Made by a program: the position numbers and the translations under genes. Shown one piece after another: positions 32,071-41,297 of a stretch of 64,000 nucleotides of DNA. Source of the stretch: Candidatus Poseidoniales archaeon (GTDB lineage Archaea > Thermoplasmatota > Poseidoniia > Poseidoniales > Thalassarchaeaceae); contig QQSB01000006.1 of the NCBI GenBank assembly GCA_003602515.1, forward strand, positions 16,234-80,233, read 5' to 3'. The stretch's first letter is position 1; each line of letters begins with the position of its first letter. A model generated the notes under the pieces. That model ran no database searches, was not told the DNA's origin, and was given only the letters and a program-made list of their open reading frames with translations.

Positions 32071-32868
32071 ATGCCAGTTTCTTCCGACATGATGGATGGA
32101 GGGGTCGCATTGGTTACTCTGTCTCCAGAAGCTTCCGCAGACACCTTCGCTCCCGCTAACTTCGAGCCCATTCTTTCCACATTGAATGAGATAATGATCG
32201 ATCCATTATGCAGATCAGTTGTGATTACCGGTTCCGGACGCTTCTTCTCCGCTGGTGGAAATATTGACGATTTCGCCGATGGAATAGAGAATGGAGAAAT
32301 TGGAGACAGGGTCCAGGAGATGACAGACAAGCTACATCCTTTGTTGCTGAGAATGAGGACATCGGAGAAAGTATTCGTTTGCGCGATTAACGGATCTGTT
32401 GCTGGTGGCGGATTAGGGTTAGCTCTGGCCTCTGACTATCGAGTCTGCGTACCTCAGGCAAAGTTAGCATCAGCCTTCTTCAGACTCGGTCTTTCTCCAG
32501 ACGGAGGTATGACTTGGCTACTACCGCGTTTGGTTGGAAATCAGGCGGCAAAGAGATTCCTCTTCAACTCGGAGGTCTGGTCCGGTGAGAAGGCAATGGA
32601 GGTGGGCGCTGTGGATGAATTAGTGGACGAGAGCATCCTCGTCGAGAGGTCATTGGAAGTCGCCAGAGAGTGGGGCAAATGGTCAGTGAACAGCAGGAGG
32701 GGCACTAAGCAGTTGCTCGACGCATCAACCTCGACTTTCTTCGAAACGCAACTTCAGTTCGAACAGTCGCTGATGGTAGCCTCTTCCAAGACCGAAGACT
32801 TCGCCGAAGGTGTAAGATCATTCAAGGAAAAGAGAGAGCCATCTTTCGGAGTCGAAGAGGAGGAGTAG
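32071..32868 (+). CDS. Enoyl-CoA hydratase/isomerase (PaaG-like)
   Basis: 'FSAGGNI', 'AGGGLGLALASD', 'GLSPDGG', 'EDFAEGVRSFKEKREP'. Confidence 0.85.
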   Translation: MPVSSDMMDGGVALVTLSPEASADTFAPANFEPILSTLNEIMIDPLCRSVVITGSGRFFSAGGNIDDFADGIENGEIGDRVQEMTDKLHPLLLRMRTSEKVFVCAINGSVAGGGLGLALASDYRVCVPQAKLASAFFRLGLSPDGGMTWLLPRLVGNQAAKRFLFNSEVWSGEKAMEVGAVDELVDESILVERSLEVAREWGKWSVNSRRGTKQLLDASTSTFFETQLQFEQSLMVASSKTEDFAEGVRSFKEKREPSFGVEEEE

Positions 32869-32869
32869 A

Positions 32870-33331
32870 TTGTCCCGAAGGCTAATTGTAATGCGGCACG
32901 CGAAGAGCAGTTGGAAAGAGACCGATGTAGAAGACCATGACCGTCCTTTGAACAAGCGGGGGTTCAGGGACTCTCCACAGATGGCAGATGCCATCCATGA
33001 AAGGGGATGGTCGCCAGACCTGATTCTGGTTAGCAGTTCCAAGAGGACACTTCAGACCCTCTCGGGGATGTCCCATAGGTTCGAGGGAGTGCTATCAGAA
33101 ATCAGATCGGAGATTTATCATGCCACAGTGAATGACCTGTTGCTAGTACTGGAGGACATGGATAAAGAGGGAACAACCATGGTACTGGGTCATAACCCCG
33201 GTTCAGAGATACTGGTCAACCACCTATCTGGAGAATGGCATGTGATGCCAACGGCGACCGCGGTACTATTGGTTGAATCTGGAGAAGAATGGAAAGTCCA
33301 GGAAGTTATCCGTCCCAAGGAGATCCAGTAG
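32870..33331 (+). CDS. SixA-like histidine phosphatase
   Basis: 'MRHAKSSW', 'DHDRPLNKRG', 'GHNPG'. Confidence 0.88.
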   Translation: MSRRLIVMRHAKSSWKETDVEDHDRPLNKRGFRDSPQMADAIHERGWSPDLILVSSSKRTLQTLSGMSHRFEGVLSEIRSEIYHATVNDLLLVLEDMDKEGTTMVLGHNPGSEILVNHLSGEWHVMPTATAVLLVESGEEWKVQEVIRPKEIQ

Positions 33332-34612
33332 TCATGGCCGTGCCGGTACCTCTTCCGACCAGTGAGACATCTTGTTCAGCGTGATTGTCACGTTTGTAAC
33401 CTCGCCCTCTTCCCAATAGTCTACTGCTACGAATGTCGGCCTATTGTCCATCTTTTCCCAGCATTCCAAAGACCTGTTGAGCAGAGTATCATACTCATTC
33501 ACATCGTTTGCTAAAATAGGGTCTGGGAGCCCATAGATGCTCGAAAGCCAGTTATTCAGGTGCCAAACCGGCTGCGTTCCATCACCACGATGAACACTGC
33601 ACGACATCTCCTCCTTACTACCCTCTGCGTAGTTCGTTGTCCAGCCGAACATTCCGAAATCATGCAGCCACGGGAATTCGTCATTCTGCGCTTGCTCCCA
33701 GAAGACAACCAGGTTCTTCCCCATCAGAACCATATCTCCAAGGCTCGGCCATTCATCTCCCAGAGAATGCGTATAGATCCTATCCGCCATGCCAGTCTCG
33801 TTGAATAGGAAACTCAAGTGCGAGGCCGGGACGTAGTTCTCTATCAGTAGGGTGACAACATCCCCACTGGAGTTGTTCATCATGGAATTTAGCAACCTCA
33901 GCCATACGAACGCATCAACCTCTCCGAAATTGCAAGGATGGAAGAACTGTCCAGTACTATGGCAGAACCTGACATCCTCTGAAGTTGTGTTGTCGTAGTG
34001 TCTGTGGTGTGAGTCCACCATGAAGGCCCTGATCCCGTCATCCCACTGCCTCTGTAGACCTGTGTAGTGATTCACCCCCACTAGGACCTGATCCTCGATT
34101 GTGGAGTATGCATTGTGAGTCTCTGCGAATGTAAAGTCGTCATATGTCCGCAGGCAGTAACTTGCCTCTCCGTGGCAACTGATGAAGTCATTTGGGTCCA
34201 TTGGGTCGAAGCCCCTCTGTATCTCCCACTCGTTCGGAAGTCCATCCCCATCTGCATCATCATCCCAATCATCGCACTCCATGTCTCCGTCTAGGTCGCC
34301 TGGTACAGAGTCACGATCCAATGGATCAGTGCCGCATCTCACTTCAGAGGTATCACTCCAAGAATCTCCGTCATCATCTATGTCCATGGGGTCGCATTCA
34401 GAATCGCCATCAGTATCGGTGGGGACCACGTCACCATCATTTGGATCCGAGGTGCAATTCAACTCCTCGGAATTGCTCCAACCATCGCCGTCGATATCGA
34501 TATCCTCTGAGTCCTGAATGCCATCCCCATCCATGTCAGGGGGCGAGTCTTCCAAGCATCCCGAAGTGATTAGTAAGGCGCACAAAACAAAGGAAATCAA
34601 CTTCCTCTGCAT
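33332..34612 (-). CDS. Lipoprotein with Ca-binding acidic (TSP3-like) repeats and a PI-PLC-like phosphodiesterase domain
   Basis: Lipobox 'LLITSGC'; DxDGDG repeats; 'THNAYS', 'QWDDGIR', 'FCH', 'DVVTLLIEN', 'PTFVAVDY'. Confidence 0.8.
   Translation of the reverse strand: MQRKLISFVLCALLITSGCLEDSPPDMDGDGIQDSEDIDIDGDGWSNSEELNCTSDPNDGDVVPTDTDGDSECDPMDIDDDGDSWSDTSEVRCGTDPLDRDSVPGDLDGDMECDDWDDDADGDGLPNEWEIQRGFDPMDPNDFISCHGEASYCLRTYDDFTFAETHNAYSTIEDQVLVGVNHYTGLQRQWDDGIRAFMVDSHHRHYDNTTSEDVRFCHSTGQFFHPCNFGEVDAFVWLRLLNSMMNNSSGDVVTLLIENYVPASHLSFLFNETGMADRIYTHSLGDEWPSLGDMVLMGKNLVVFWEQAQNDEFPWLHDFGMFGWTTNYAEGSKEEMSCSVHRGDGTQPVWHLNNWLSSIYGLPDPILANDVNEYDTLLNRSLECWEKMDNRPTFVAVDYWEEGEVTNVTITLNKMSHWSEEVPARP
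34180..34545 (-). repeat. Intragenic Asp-rich DxDGDG (thrombospondin type-3-like) repeats
   Basis: About six D-x-D-G-D units, each pair followed by a 'C/R-x-x-DP' spacer; coordinates approximate. Confidence 0.7.
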
Positions 34613-34646
34613 TCCATGCACCCCTCATATCGATCTGTAGTAATAA

Positions 34647-35465
34647 CTAGCCCATCATATCCTCATGATGATTCGGAACGAAGGTCTGCTCGGTCATTGG
34701 TGGCCTGACGTAACCTCTTGCGCTTTTCCTATCTGGGAGTTCAATAGGCTCCGGTGTGAGGTCCTCGTAGTCAATCACAGAGAGAAGGTGACTGATGCAA
34801 TTCAAGTGCGCATGCCTTTTGATGTCCGAGTTTACTACGAACCATGGGGACTGCTTGGTATCCGTATGAGCGAACATCACGTCCTTCGCCTCGGAGTAGT
34901 CTTCCCAGCGAGTAAGCGACTCTAAATCCATTGGACTCAGCTTCCACCTCTTGTGAGGTTCGGCTAGCCTTGCTTTGAATCGCTTCAGTTGCTCGTCATC
35001 GGATACTGAGAACCAGTACTTGATCAGAATCGTACCTGACCTCATGAGCATCCTCTCGAACATAGGGCATGATCTCATGAACTCGTCATATTCATCCTCA
35101 TCACAGAAACCCATCACTCTCTCGACTCCTGCTCTGTTGTACCAACTCCTGTCGAACATTACTATCTCTCCAGCTGCAGGAAGATGATTGACGTACCTTT
35201 GGAAATACCACTCTGTCTTCTGCCTCTCTGTCGGTGCAGGTAGAGCAGCGACTCTCACAACTCTTGGGTTGAGGTACTGTGAGATCCTCTTGATTACGCC
35301 CCCCTTGCCAGCAGCATCCCTGCCTTCGAAGACAACCACAACTTTGAGTCCCTTTGCCTTCACCCATTCCTGCAGCTTGATCAATTCAAGTTGTAGTCTG
35401 AATAATTCCGCACTATACTTCTTCTTGCCAATTCTTTCGATTTTCTCGCTCCCCTTGTCGCCCAT
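34647..35465 (-). CDS. ppk2: Polyphosphate kinase 2
   Basis: 'FEGRDAAGKGG', 'WYFQRY', 'FDRSWYNRAGVERVMGF', 'WKLSPMD'. Confidence 0.95.
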   Translation of the reverse strand: MGDKGSEKIERIGKKKYSAELFRLQLELIKLQEWVKAKGLKVVVVFEGRDAAGKGGVIKRISQYLNPRVVRVAALPAPTERQKTEWYFQRYVNHLPAAGEIVMFDRSWYNRAGVERVMGFCDEDEYDEFMRSCPMFERMLMRSGTILIKYWFSVSDDEQLKRFKARLAEPHKRWKLSPMDLESLTRWEDYSEAKDVMFAHTDTKQSPWFVVNSDIKRHAHLNCISHLLSVIDYEDLTPEPIELPDRKSARGYVRPPMTEQTFVPNHHEDMMG

Positions 35466-35533
35466 TGTAATCAGTCTTCCATGACCGTCTGTGACAAAAG
35501 CCCTCTGGTCAAAATTTTCCAGGATTTACTCGT

Positions 35534-36196
35534 CTATAGGAGACTGACAAGATCCTTCAATGACGCGACTGGATCGCCTGATTTTGTCACCCCACTAGCC
35601 AGAAGAACCCCTGAAGCCCCAAGGTCATTCGCCTTGGCAACGTCAGCACCGGTCTTCACGCCAGCCCCACAAAGAATCCCAACGGACCCTGAAACATCCT
35701 TCACCGCTTGAGCAGTCCCACTGACAATTTCTGGATCAGCACTAGTAACGGAGACATCCCCGCCAATCAATTCAGGCGGTTCCACAGCGACGAAGTCAGG
35801 CTCCAAAGCTGCGAGAGCCTTAGCCTCCTCCACATCAGCAGCACATGCGCAGACCTCGAATCCTTCCGGCACCTGTTCGAGCAGCATTGCCACATGCTCG
35901 AGACTGACCTTGTGTTCTGCATGATTGATGAGCGTGCCCGAAGCCCCCCTCTCGATTGCTGTAGAGGGATGTAACCATCCAGTATTGGAGCCAAATCCAA
36001 CTGGATCTAGGTGTTGGCACCAGACCTCTAGATTTGGGGCTGCAGCCACGACAGAGGACAGGTCAAAAGCTGATACGGCTGCAATCATCCTGGCATCTGT
36101 TTCTATGCTTTCCATAGCCCGAGCAAGATCCTCGGCCGAAGTACCGTGAGCGGTCTGGTATGTCTTGAAGTTCACAACTACAAGATGGTCGCTCAC
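35534..36196 (-). CDS. tpiA: Triosephosphate isomerase, archaeal type
   Basis: 'VNFKTY', 'QHLDP', 'LINHAE', 'AVEPPELIG', 'GVLLASG'. Confidence 0.95.
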   Translation of the reverse strand: MSDHLVVVNFKTYQTAHGTSAEDLARAMESIETDARMIAAVSAFDLSSVVAAAPNLEVWCQHLDPVGFGSNTGWLHPSTAIERGASGTLINHAEHKVSLEHVAMLLEQVPEGFEVCACAADVEEAKALAALEPDFVAVEPPELIGGDVSVTSADPEIVSGTAQAVKDVSGSVGILCGAGVKTGADVAKANDLGASGVLLASGVTKSGDPVASLKDLVSLL

Positions 36197-36269
36197 AGTG
36201 TCCCGAGTAGCCCAGCCTCTTTGACCATGTTGGGGATTAGTCCAATACCTAGAACTAGTTCTGGGGCCT

Positions 36270-37580
36270 ATGACAGATGCTCCAGATTGGTCAGAGAGGA
36301 TCCTCTCCGAGTACTACTCAGATGGATCTGGGATCGATCTCTCGTGGTTGGATAAGCCAACCAGGCACCAATTCCGATGGAGGACTCTGAAGGGACCATG
36401 GGTTACATCGAGGAAGAGGATTTCATCAGGCGAATCACTAGTGAAGTCCTTCGACTCGATGCCCACTGATGTGTATGTGTCCACTTCCTCTTGGCTAGAC
36501 CCAGTTAACCTCCCTAAATTGAAGGACTCCAAGCGCCCACCGCCCATTTTGATAGATCACATGGTCGTTTTCGACATCGATATGAGGCCATTCTGCAGGA
36601 GTAGGCTAGAGATGGCGAGGAAAGAGGCCCTCAGCCTAAGTGAATGGATCACCGAGAATACTGATTTGGAAATTCGCCATGCCTCTTTCTCCGGAAGCAA
36701 GGGCTTCCACATAGTGGCAATTGATCCGGACAGGTCGCCTTTCGAAGAGCCAGACCCAGCAAAGAGGGAGCTAGCGATAAGGGAGAACAGGAAGGCTCTG
36801 CTAGGAAGGGTGATTGAAGCAGGTCACGATGTCGACCCTGTGGTTACTGCAGATACGCGTAGGATAATCCGAGTGCCAGGGACATTGCATGGCTCAACCG
36901 GATGGGCTTGCTCGATCCTCGGGGAAGGGCTACTCGAGAGGCCAGTAAGAGGGTGGATATCTGACATCCCGAAACATGAGATGGCCTCTTCGATGCCTAG
37001 AAGGCCTCCGATCAAGATTCCCCGATTTAAGCACAGAAAGAAGACAGCGGTTAGGACACGTACAGTCATGGCAGGGAGTCATGAGTTTGTCAGCCTAGAG
37101 GTAAGCAGCCATGTCCCCGGAACGAAGGACCGTTCCGCATTGGTTGCATGGCTCCCTATTCGATGGGGAAACGCCTCTGATTCGATTGATAGGGCCCAAA
37201 TGGAGTTTGACTCCATAGACCTAGGACCCGTGGCATACATGCACGACGGCGAGAGGGTTCTGGCAATCATCCCAAGGGCGATACCACGAGATTTCCTTCT
37301 GAGTAGAATTGGCAGAATGGGGATTAGGAGACTAGAGAATGATCTCAGGAGGTTCGAACACTCTTGGGTCAGGATTTCTGGTAGGATGGTCGAGGGTGAT
37401 TGGGAGGCCGAGATGGAACCAATTACAGTGCTCGGCTACGACTCTAGTGAGAGATGCATGCACCCTTGGTCCGCTCCCCATCTCGACCTTTGCAAGAGTC
37501 TCGGCCTACCAATCAGGCATGGTGCAGGCGATATCTCAGGGAAACCAAAGGCATCCATCAGAGTAGCCGTCCACCGCTGA
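36270..37580 (+). CDS. Archaeo-eukaryotic primase (PriS-like) protein with C-terminal extension
   Basis: AEP motifs 'VVFDID', 'FSGSKGFH', 'VDPVVTADTRRIIRVPGTLH'. Confidence 0.8.
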   Translation: MTDAPDWSERILSEYYSDGSGIDLSWLDKPTRHQFRWRTLKGPWVTSRKRISSGESLVKSFDSMPTDVYVSTSSWLDPVNLPKLKDSKRPPPILIDHMVVFDIDMRPFCRSRLEMARKEALSLSEWITENTDLEIRHASFSGSKGFHIVAIDPDRSPFEEPDPAKRELAIRENRKALLGRVIEAGHDVDPVVTADTRRIIRVPGTLHGSTGWACSILGEGLLERPVRGWISDIPKHEMASSMPRRPPIKIPRFKHRKKTAVRTRTVMAGSHEFVSLEVSSHVPGTKDRSALVAWLPIRWGNASDSIDRAQMEFDSIDLGPVAYMHDGERVLAIIPRAIPRDFLLSRIGRMGIRRLENDLRRFEHSWVRISGRMVEGDWEAEMEPITVLGYDSSERCMHPWSAPHLDLCKSLGLPIRHGAGDISGKPKASIRVAVHR

Positions 37581-37724
37581 GTTTATTTCCCGTCGATCCA
37601 ACCTCGTTTCGTCCCGAAGAAGGAGCCCAATGGGCAATGACTGCTGTTGCGTACCGCAACCTTAGCCGGTACCTCATCGGTCCGGGCGCCGGGACAGCGC
37701 CCGGGCCTCAAGGTTGTGCAACCT

Positions 37725-38504
37725 ATGTCTGCTGAGATTGTCCTGGGAATCATCGTCCTCTTCTTCAGTGGTGTCTGGTCTGCAATCAAGTTCGTGGACG
37801 ATTACACAGACAACAGATTGGTGTTCTTCGTTCCAGCGGCGGTGCTGTCTCTGTTCCTTCTTACTGGAATCGGAGAGGGCTTTGTGTTCTTCGCCTTCCT
37901 CTTCGCTTTCGGACCAATAATTGCCATGCTGATAATTGTCGGACTCGATCAGGGTGGCCAAAACTCAATTTCATCAGCAAGAACATGGGCTACATCGAGT
38001 TCAAGTCCAAGAAAGAAGAAGGACCTGAATCGCAAACTCGCACCGGGTTACAAGCGTGCCTATGACAGATTGATTGGTTATGTCCAAGCCAGGGGGGGAG
38101 AAATAAAATCCCGGGATGACGGAATTCGCAGGCTTAAAGAATTGGGATCTTTCGATGCGGAACGATTCTTCTCAAGCCCTTACGTTATCAAGACGTTAGG
38201 TCTTGCCTCCGAATCTACCTCCAAAAAACAGTCACATGTTTCTGGAGGCGGTGCCTCCAATGGATCAGAAAGAAAGGACTCAGGAGATTTTTCTGAAATT
38301 GAAGGTGACGATTGGTGGGAGAAGGGTTACGAAGAAGGAACAGAAAAATCAACCCAGAAAACAGACCCTTCTGGGGATTCATGTGGAGACCCACAATGCT
38401 CTAATCCAGTATCCGCCTTTGACTTCCGGTGCTTCACTTGTCGTAGGAGGTTCTGCAGCGAGCATGCTGGAGCAAACATCGAGTGCAGCGAGTGCTCGAA
38501 GTGA
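37725..38504 (+). CDS. Membrane protein with C-terminal AN1-like zinc finger
   Basis: Three N-terminal TM segments; C-terminal 'CGDPQC...FRCFTCRRRFCSEH...CSEC'. Confidence 0.7.
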   Translation: MSAEIVLGIIVLFFSGVWSAIKFVDDYTDNRLVFFVPAAVLSLFLLTGIGEGFVFFAFLFAFGPIIAMLIIVGLDQGGQNSISSARTWATSSSSPRKKKDLNRKLAPGYKRAYDRLIGYVQARGGEIKSRDDGIRRLKELGSFDAERFFSSPYVIKTLGLASESTSKKQSHVSGGGASNGSERKDSGDFSEIEGDDWWEKGYEEGTEKSTQKTDPSGDSCGDPQCSNPVSAFDFRCFTCRRRFCSEHAGANIECSECSK

Positions 38505-41297
38505 TTAGAGGAAAACGCTCTTCTTGTGGGTCGAGGATCTGGGTGAAAGCCCCGCTCGCTTGATCTCGCTGACCATCTCCTTCCCGCTCCTGCTGTGTCC
38601 ATACTGAACCTCGCCTGGACTCACCTTCCAGTTCCACTGCCGCTCGAAGACCTTCGCATCCTCCATGTTGCGACAGAGCTTCTTGGGGACTGCATGGAAC
38701 ATTGAAAGGACGTTCTTCTTCCTCCTGAAGTACTTGCCAACAACCTCAGGTAGCAAGTCGCTTAGCCACGTCTCGCTAACCACCTTGACCTCTCTCTGTA
38801 TCACGTACCTGGGATTCTCCAGAGGTCCGAGTACCTCCTCCATGGCCTCTGCGAAGATGGCCGACTCTTCTTCCGATGCCTGCTCCAGGTAGGTCCTCAT
38901 CCAGCCCCCGCCTCTGCTGCCGCCTCCAACGTTCACGTCGAACCCGATGTGTCCTAGGGACTGCAGCGAGGAGGCGACCGCGTCCGCAATCGCCAGGATA
39001 AGTGACTCATCGGACCATTGGGCCATCCCGATCCTGTTTGTAGGAGGAAAACCACCTCCAAGACCACTACCTTTGATCTCTATCGCTTCCCTGGGAACCG
39101 CGCTGAAGGGCTCGCCGATGCCCCATAGGTCTCTGGTGCGCTCCCGATTCTTGGATCTCATCAGCATCTCCTCGTTGAAAACGTCCATCGCCTCGGAGAC
39201 TCCCTCCGGACGAGCCTCGGTGAAGGCGGCGTGGACATGGCCTACTCCCTTCTCTATTGCACCATCGTCGCAGACTCCGTAGAGCTGCTTGTGCTTCCTC
39301 TTGAATCGCAGGTAGTCGTCGAAACCCTTCTTGAACTCGTCAGCCAAGCAAACGATGTCCCAGTTGTTTGCAACCTTCTCCGGCCAATGCTTGTCCAGCC
39401 TGAAAGACCTCCCTCTGAGTTGGTTGATGCTCATGCTGGTCGTGACTGTGGTCAGGTCAACGAGAACGTTGATTCTGCTTGCATCCCATCCCTCCCCCAG
39501 TAACCCTCTTGTTCCCACGAGGCATTTCGTCACCCCCTCCTGGAACATCTCCGTGATCATCATCGTGTAGTAGCGAGGCAGCCAGTCCTTACCCTTGCCC
39601 CTGATCTCGAAGTAACCCTCATTCTCGACATAGTCGAATTTGATTTCCAGGCTCCTTGCCTCTACCCATTGCTCGAATCTAGGGAAGATCCTCTCCAACA
39701 GGTCGTCATCGACTAGCACCGTCGTCCCCGTCATTAGCACGGGATCCAGTCTGTCAGTAGCCTCGCTCCCGAGGACCGCCCTGTATGCTGCGATCGCGCC
39801 GCCCGCCTCTTTGTCCAGGACCCCTTTAACAAGTGCCGTGGCCGACGTCTTCTCGAAGTCGGTGACTATCACTGCCCTGATTTCAGGACCCAGCGCCTGC
39901 ATCTCCGATTGCAGGATGTCTCGCAGCGCATCGTACTTCGCGGACCCATATGCCATCACCCTCCCAACCGGGGAGGCACAGGCCCTAGCTCCTCCTTTGG
40001 TGATCTGGATTCCGAGCATCCTGAGCTTCTTCTTCGCATCCTCAGCAAGAGCATGGTCCTCCTTGCTCTCCGACCTCATCAGCCCGTTCCTGATGTATCG
40101 ATCGAGTAGCGTGATGAGCGTGTCCATACTGTTCCCCGCAGCGACCAGCTCTGGAGATGGATTTGGGACTCCATCTGGTAGACTCAGGCCCCCAGATGTC
40201 AGGTATCCCCTAGCCGCATCCGCCAGAGACGGGTCGCTTCGCCTGAATGAATTCCAGTCCTTGGCCTTACGGCCCGCCAGTGACAGCTCGTCAAGCACCC
40301 TTGCCAGCCAGACCTCGAGACGAGGGACTCTACCACTAACATCAGCGGGTCCTCTTCTAAGAGACTTGACCAATGATTCGAAGTCTTGGTCCACATTCGC
40401 AATGTAACTCAACTCATCAGAGGATGGACGGACGAAGTAAGCCAGATCCTGATATGGGGAAAGGTTGCTATCCCTGACCAATGCGGGTACTGGGACCTCG
40501 TAGTCTACTTCTCCGAAGAGTTCCAGATACCTTCCTATTGAACGGGCATCACCCTCCTCTGGAGGAGTGGCAGTAAGCCCTAGGATGATCGGATTGCCGA
40601 GGAATTCCCTCGCCTCGATGAGTACCTTGCCCCAGTGATCCATTAGGTGATGACACTCGTCGAGAATGATCAGGCCCACTCCAACATCGGCGAGTTTCAT
40701 CAGATTCTCCCTGGCTGACTCGTGAAGGACCCATAGCGCATTGCCGTGATCGGCCAGGGAATCCCTCGCCTTCTTCCGATAGTGGCCCATGGTCTCCGCA
40801 TGATGCTCTGGGTTCTTCTCTTCGAGATCGTTTATCCATGCCATGGCGCTCTCCATATCATCCGCCTCTATCACTCCGGAGTCGGAGGGAGCCATCAGTT
40901 TCGAGATCCACATTTCCTGTGCTGCCTCGTCCAGATTTTCTCCCCCTCTCTTGGGCAGGGTTACCGACTGGTACGTTAGCGAAGTCAGGATCCCAGGATT
41001 CTTCGGGTCCGTGCCGATCTCAGACTCCCTCCCATCTAGGTGGAAGAGCTCCTTCGCCCTCTCGATCCATTGCGCCTGTATTGCCGAGTTTGGACTGAGC
41101 ACTAGTGTTGGCTTCCTGACTAGGTCAGACCAGACATACAGTCCCAGTACTGTCTTTCCGGAGCCAGGGGGAGCGACGATTAGGAGTTCCTTTGAGCCAC
41201 CCTTCAGATCCTTCCTGATTACGCTTGATGATGCGACTTGGGATGGTCTGAGATTTCCAGAGAACTGGATTCCTCCGAATTCATCAGTCATTGCCAA
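38505..41297 (-). CDS. Superfamily 2 DExH helicase (ResIII-like)
   Basis: Q-motif 'LRPSQ', Walker A 'APPGSGKT', 'DECHH', 'GLTATP', 'LLGEGWD', 'QLRGRSFR'. Confidence 0.9.
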   Translation of the reverse strand: MAMTDEFGGIQFSGNLRPSQVASSSVIRKDLKGGSKELLIVAPPGSGKTVLGLYVWSDLVRKPTLVLSPNSAIQAQWIERAKELFHLDGRESEIGTDPKNPGILTSLTYQSVTLPKRGGENLDEAAQEMWISKLMAPSDSGVIEADDMESAMAWINDLEEKNPEHHAETMGHYRKKARDSLADHGNALWVLHESARENLMKLADVGVGLIILDECHHLMDHWGKVLIEAREFLGNPIILGLTATPPEEGDARSIGRYLELFGEVDYEVPVPALVRDSNLSPYQDLAYFVRPSSDELSYIANVDQDFESLVKSLRRGPADVSGRVPRLEVWLARVLDELSLAGRKAKDWNSFRRSDPSLADAARGYLTSGGLSLPDGVPNPSPELVAAGNSMDTLITLLDRYIRNGLMRSESKEDHALAEDAKKKLRMLGIQITKGGARACASPVGRVMAYGSAKYDALRDILQSEMQALGPEIRAVIVTDFEKTSATALVKGVLDKEAGGAIAAYRAVLGSEATDRLDPVLMTGTTVLVDDDLLERIFPRFEQWVEARSLEIKFDYVENEGYFEIRGKGKDWLPRYYTMMITEMFQEGVTKCLVGTRGLLGEGWDASRINVLVDLTTVTTSMSINQLRGRSFRLDKHWPEKVANNWDIVCLADEFKKGFDDYLRFKRKHKQLYGVCDDGAIEKGVGHVHAAFTEARPEGVSEAMDVFNEEMLMRSKNRERTRDLWGIGEPFSAVPREAIEIKGSGLGGGFPPTNRIGMAQWSDESLILAIADAVASSLQSLGHIGFDVNVGGGSRGGGWMRTYLEQASEEESAIFAEAMEEVLGPLENPRYVIQREVKVVSETWLSDLLPEVVGKYFRRKKNVLSMFHAVPKKLCRNMEDAKVFERQWNWKVSPGEVQYGHSRSGKEMVSEIKRAGLSPRSSTHKKSVFL

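Noticed and set aside
34180-34545. Repetitive DNA as a possible CRISPR or tandem array
   Set aside because: The repeats are degenerate and explained by Asp-rich coding repeats; no identical repeat-spacer structure or cas genes were seen in the window
37581-37710. Functional hammerhead ribozyme on the minus strand
   Set aside because: The core reads CCGAUGA rather than CUGAUGA, and stems II and III do not pair cleanly; kept only as a generic structured-element candidate
39640-40407. Long antisense ORFs (this one, 45174-45920, 54925-55560 and many shorter)
   Set aside because: They are shadows of well-supported genes on the opposite strand, with Ser/Pro/Arg-rich composition and no motifs
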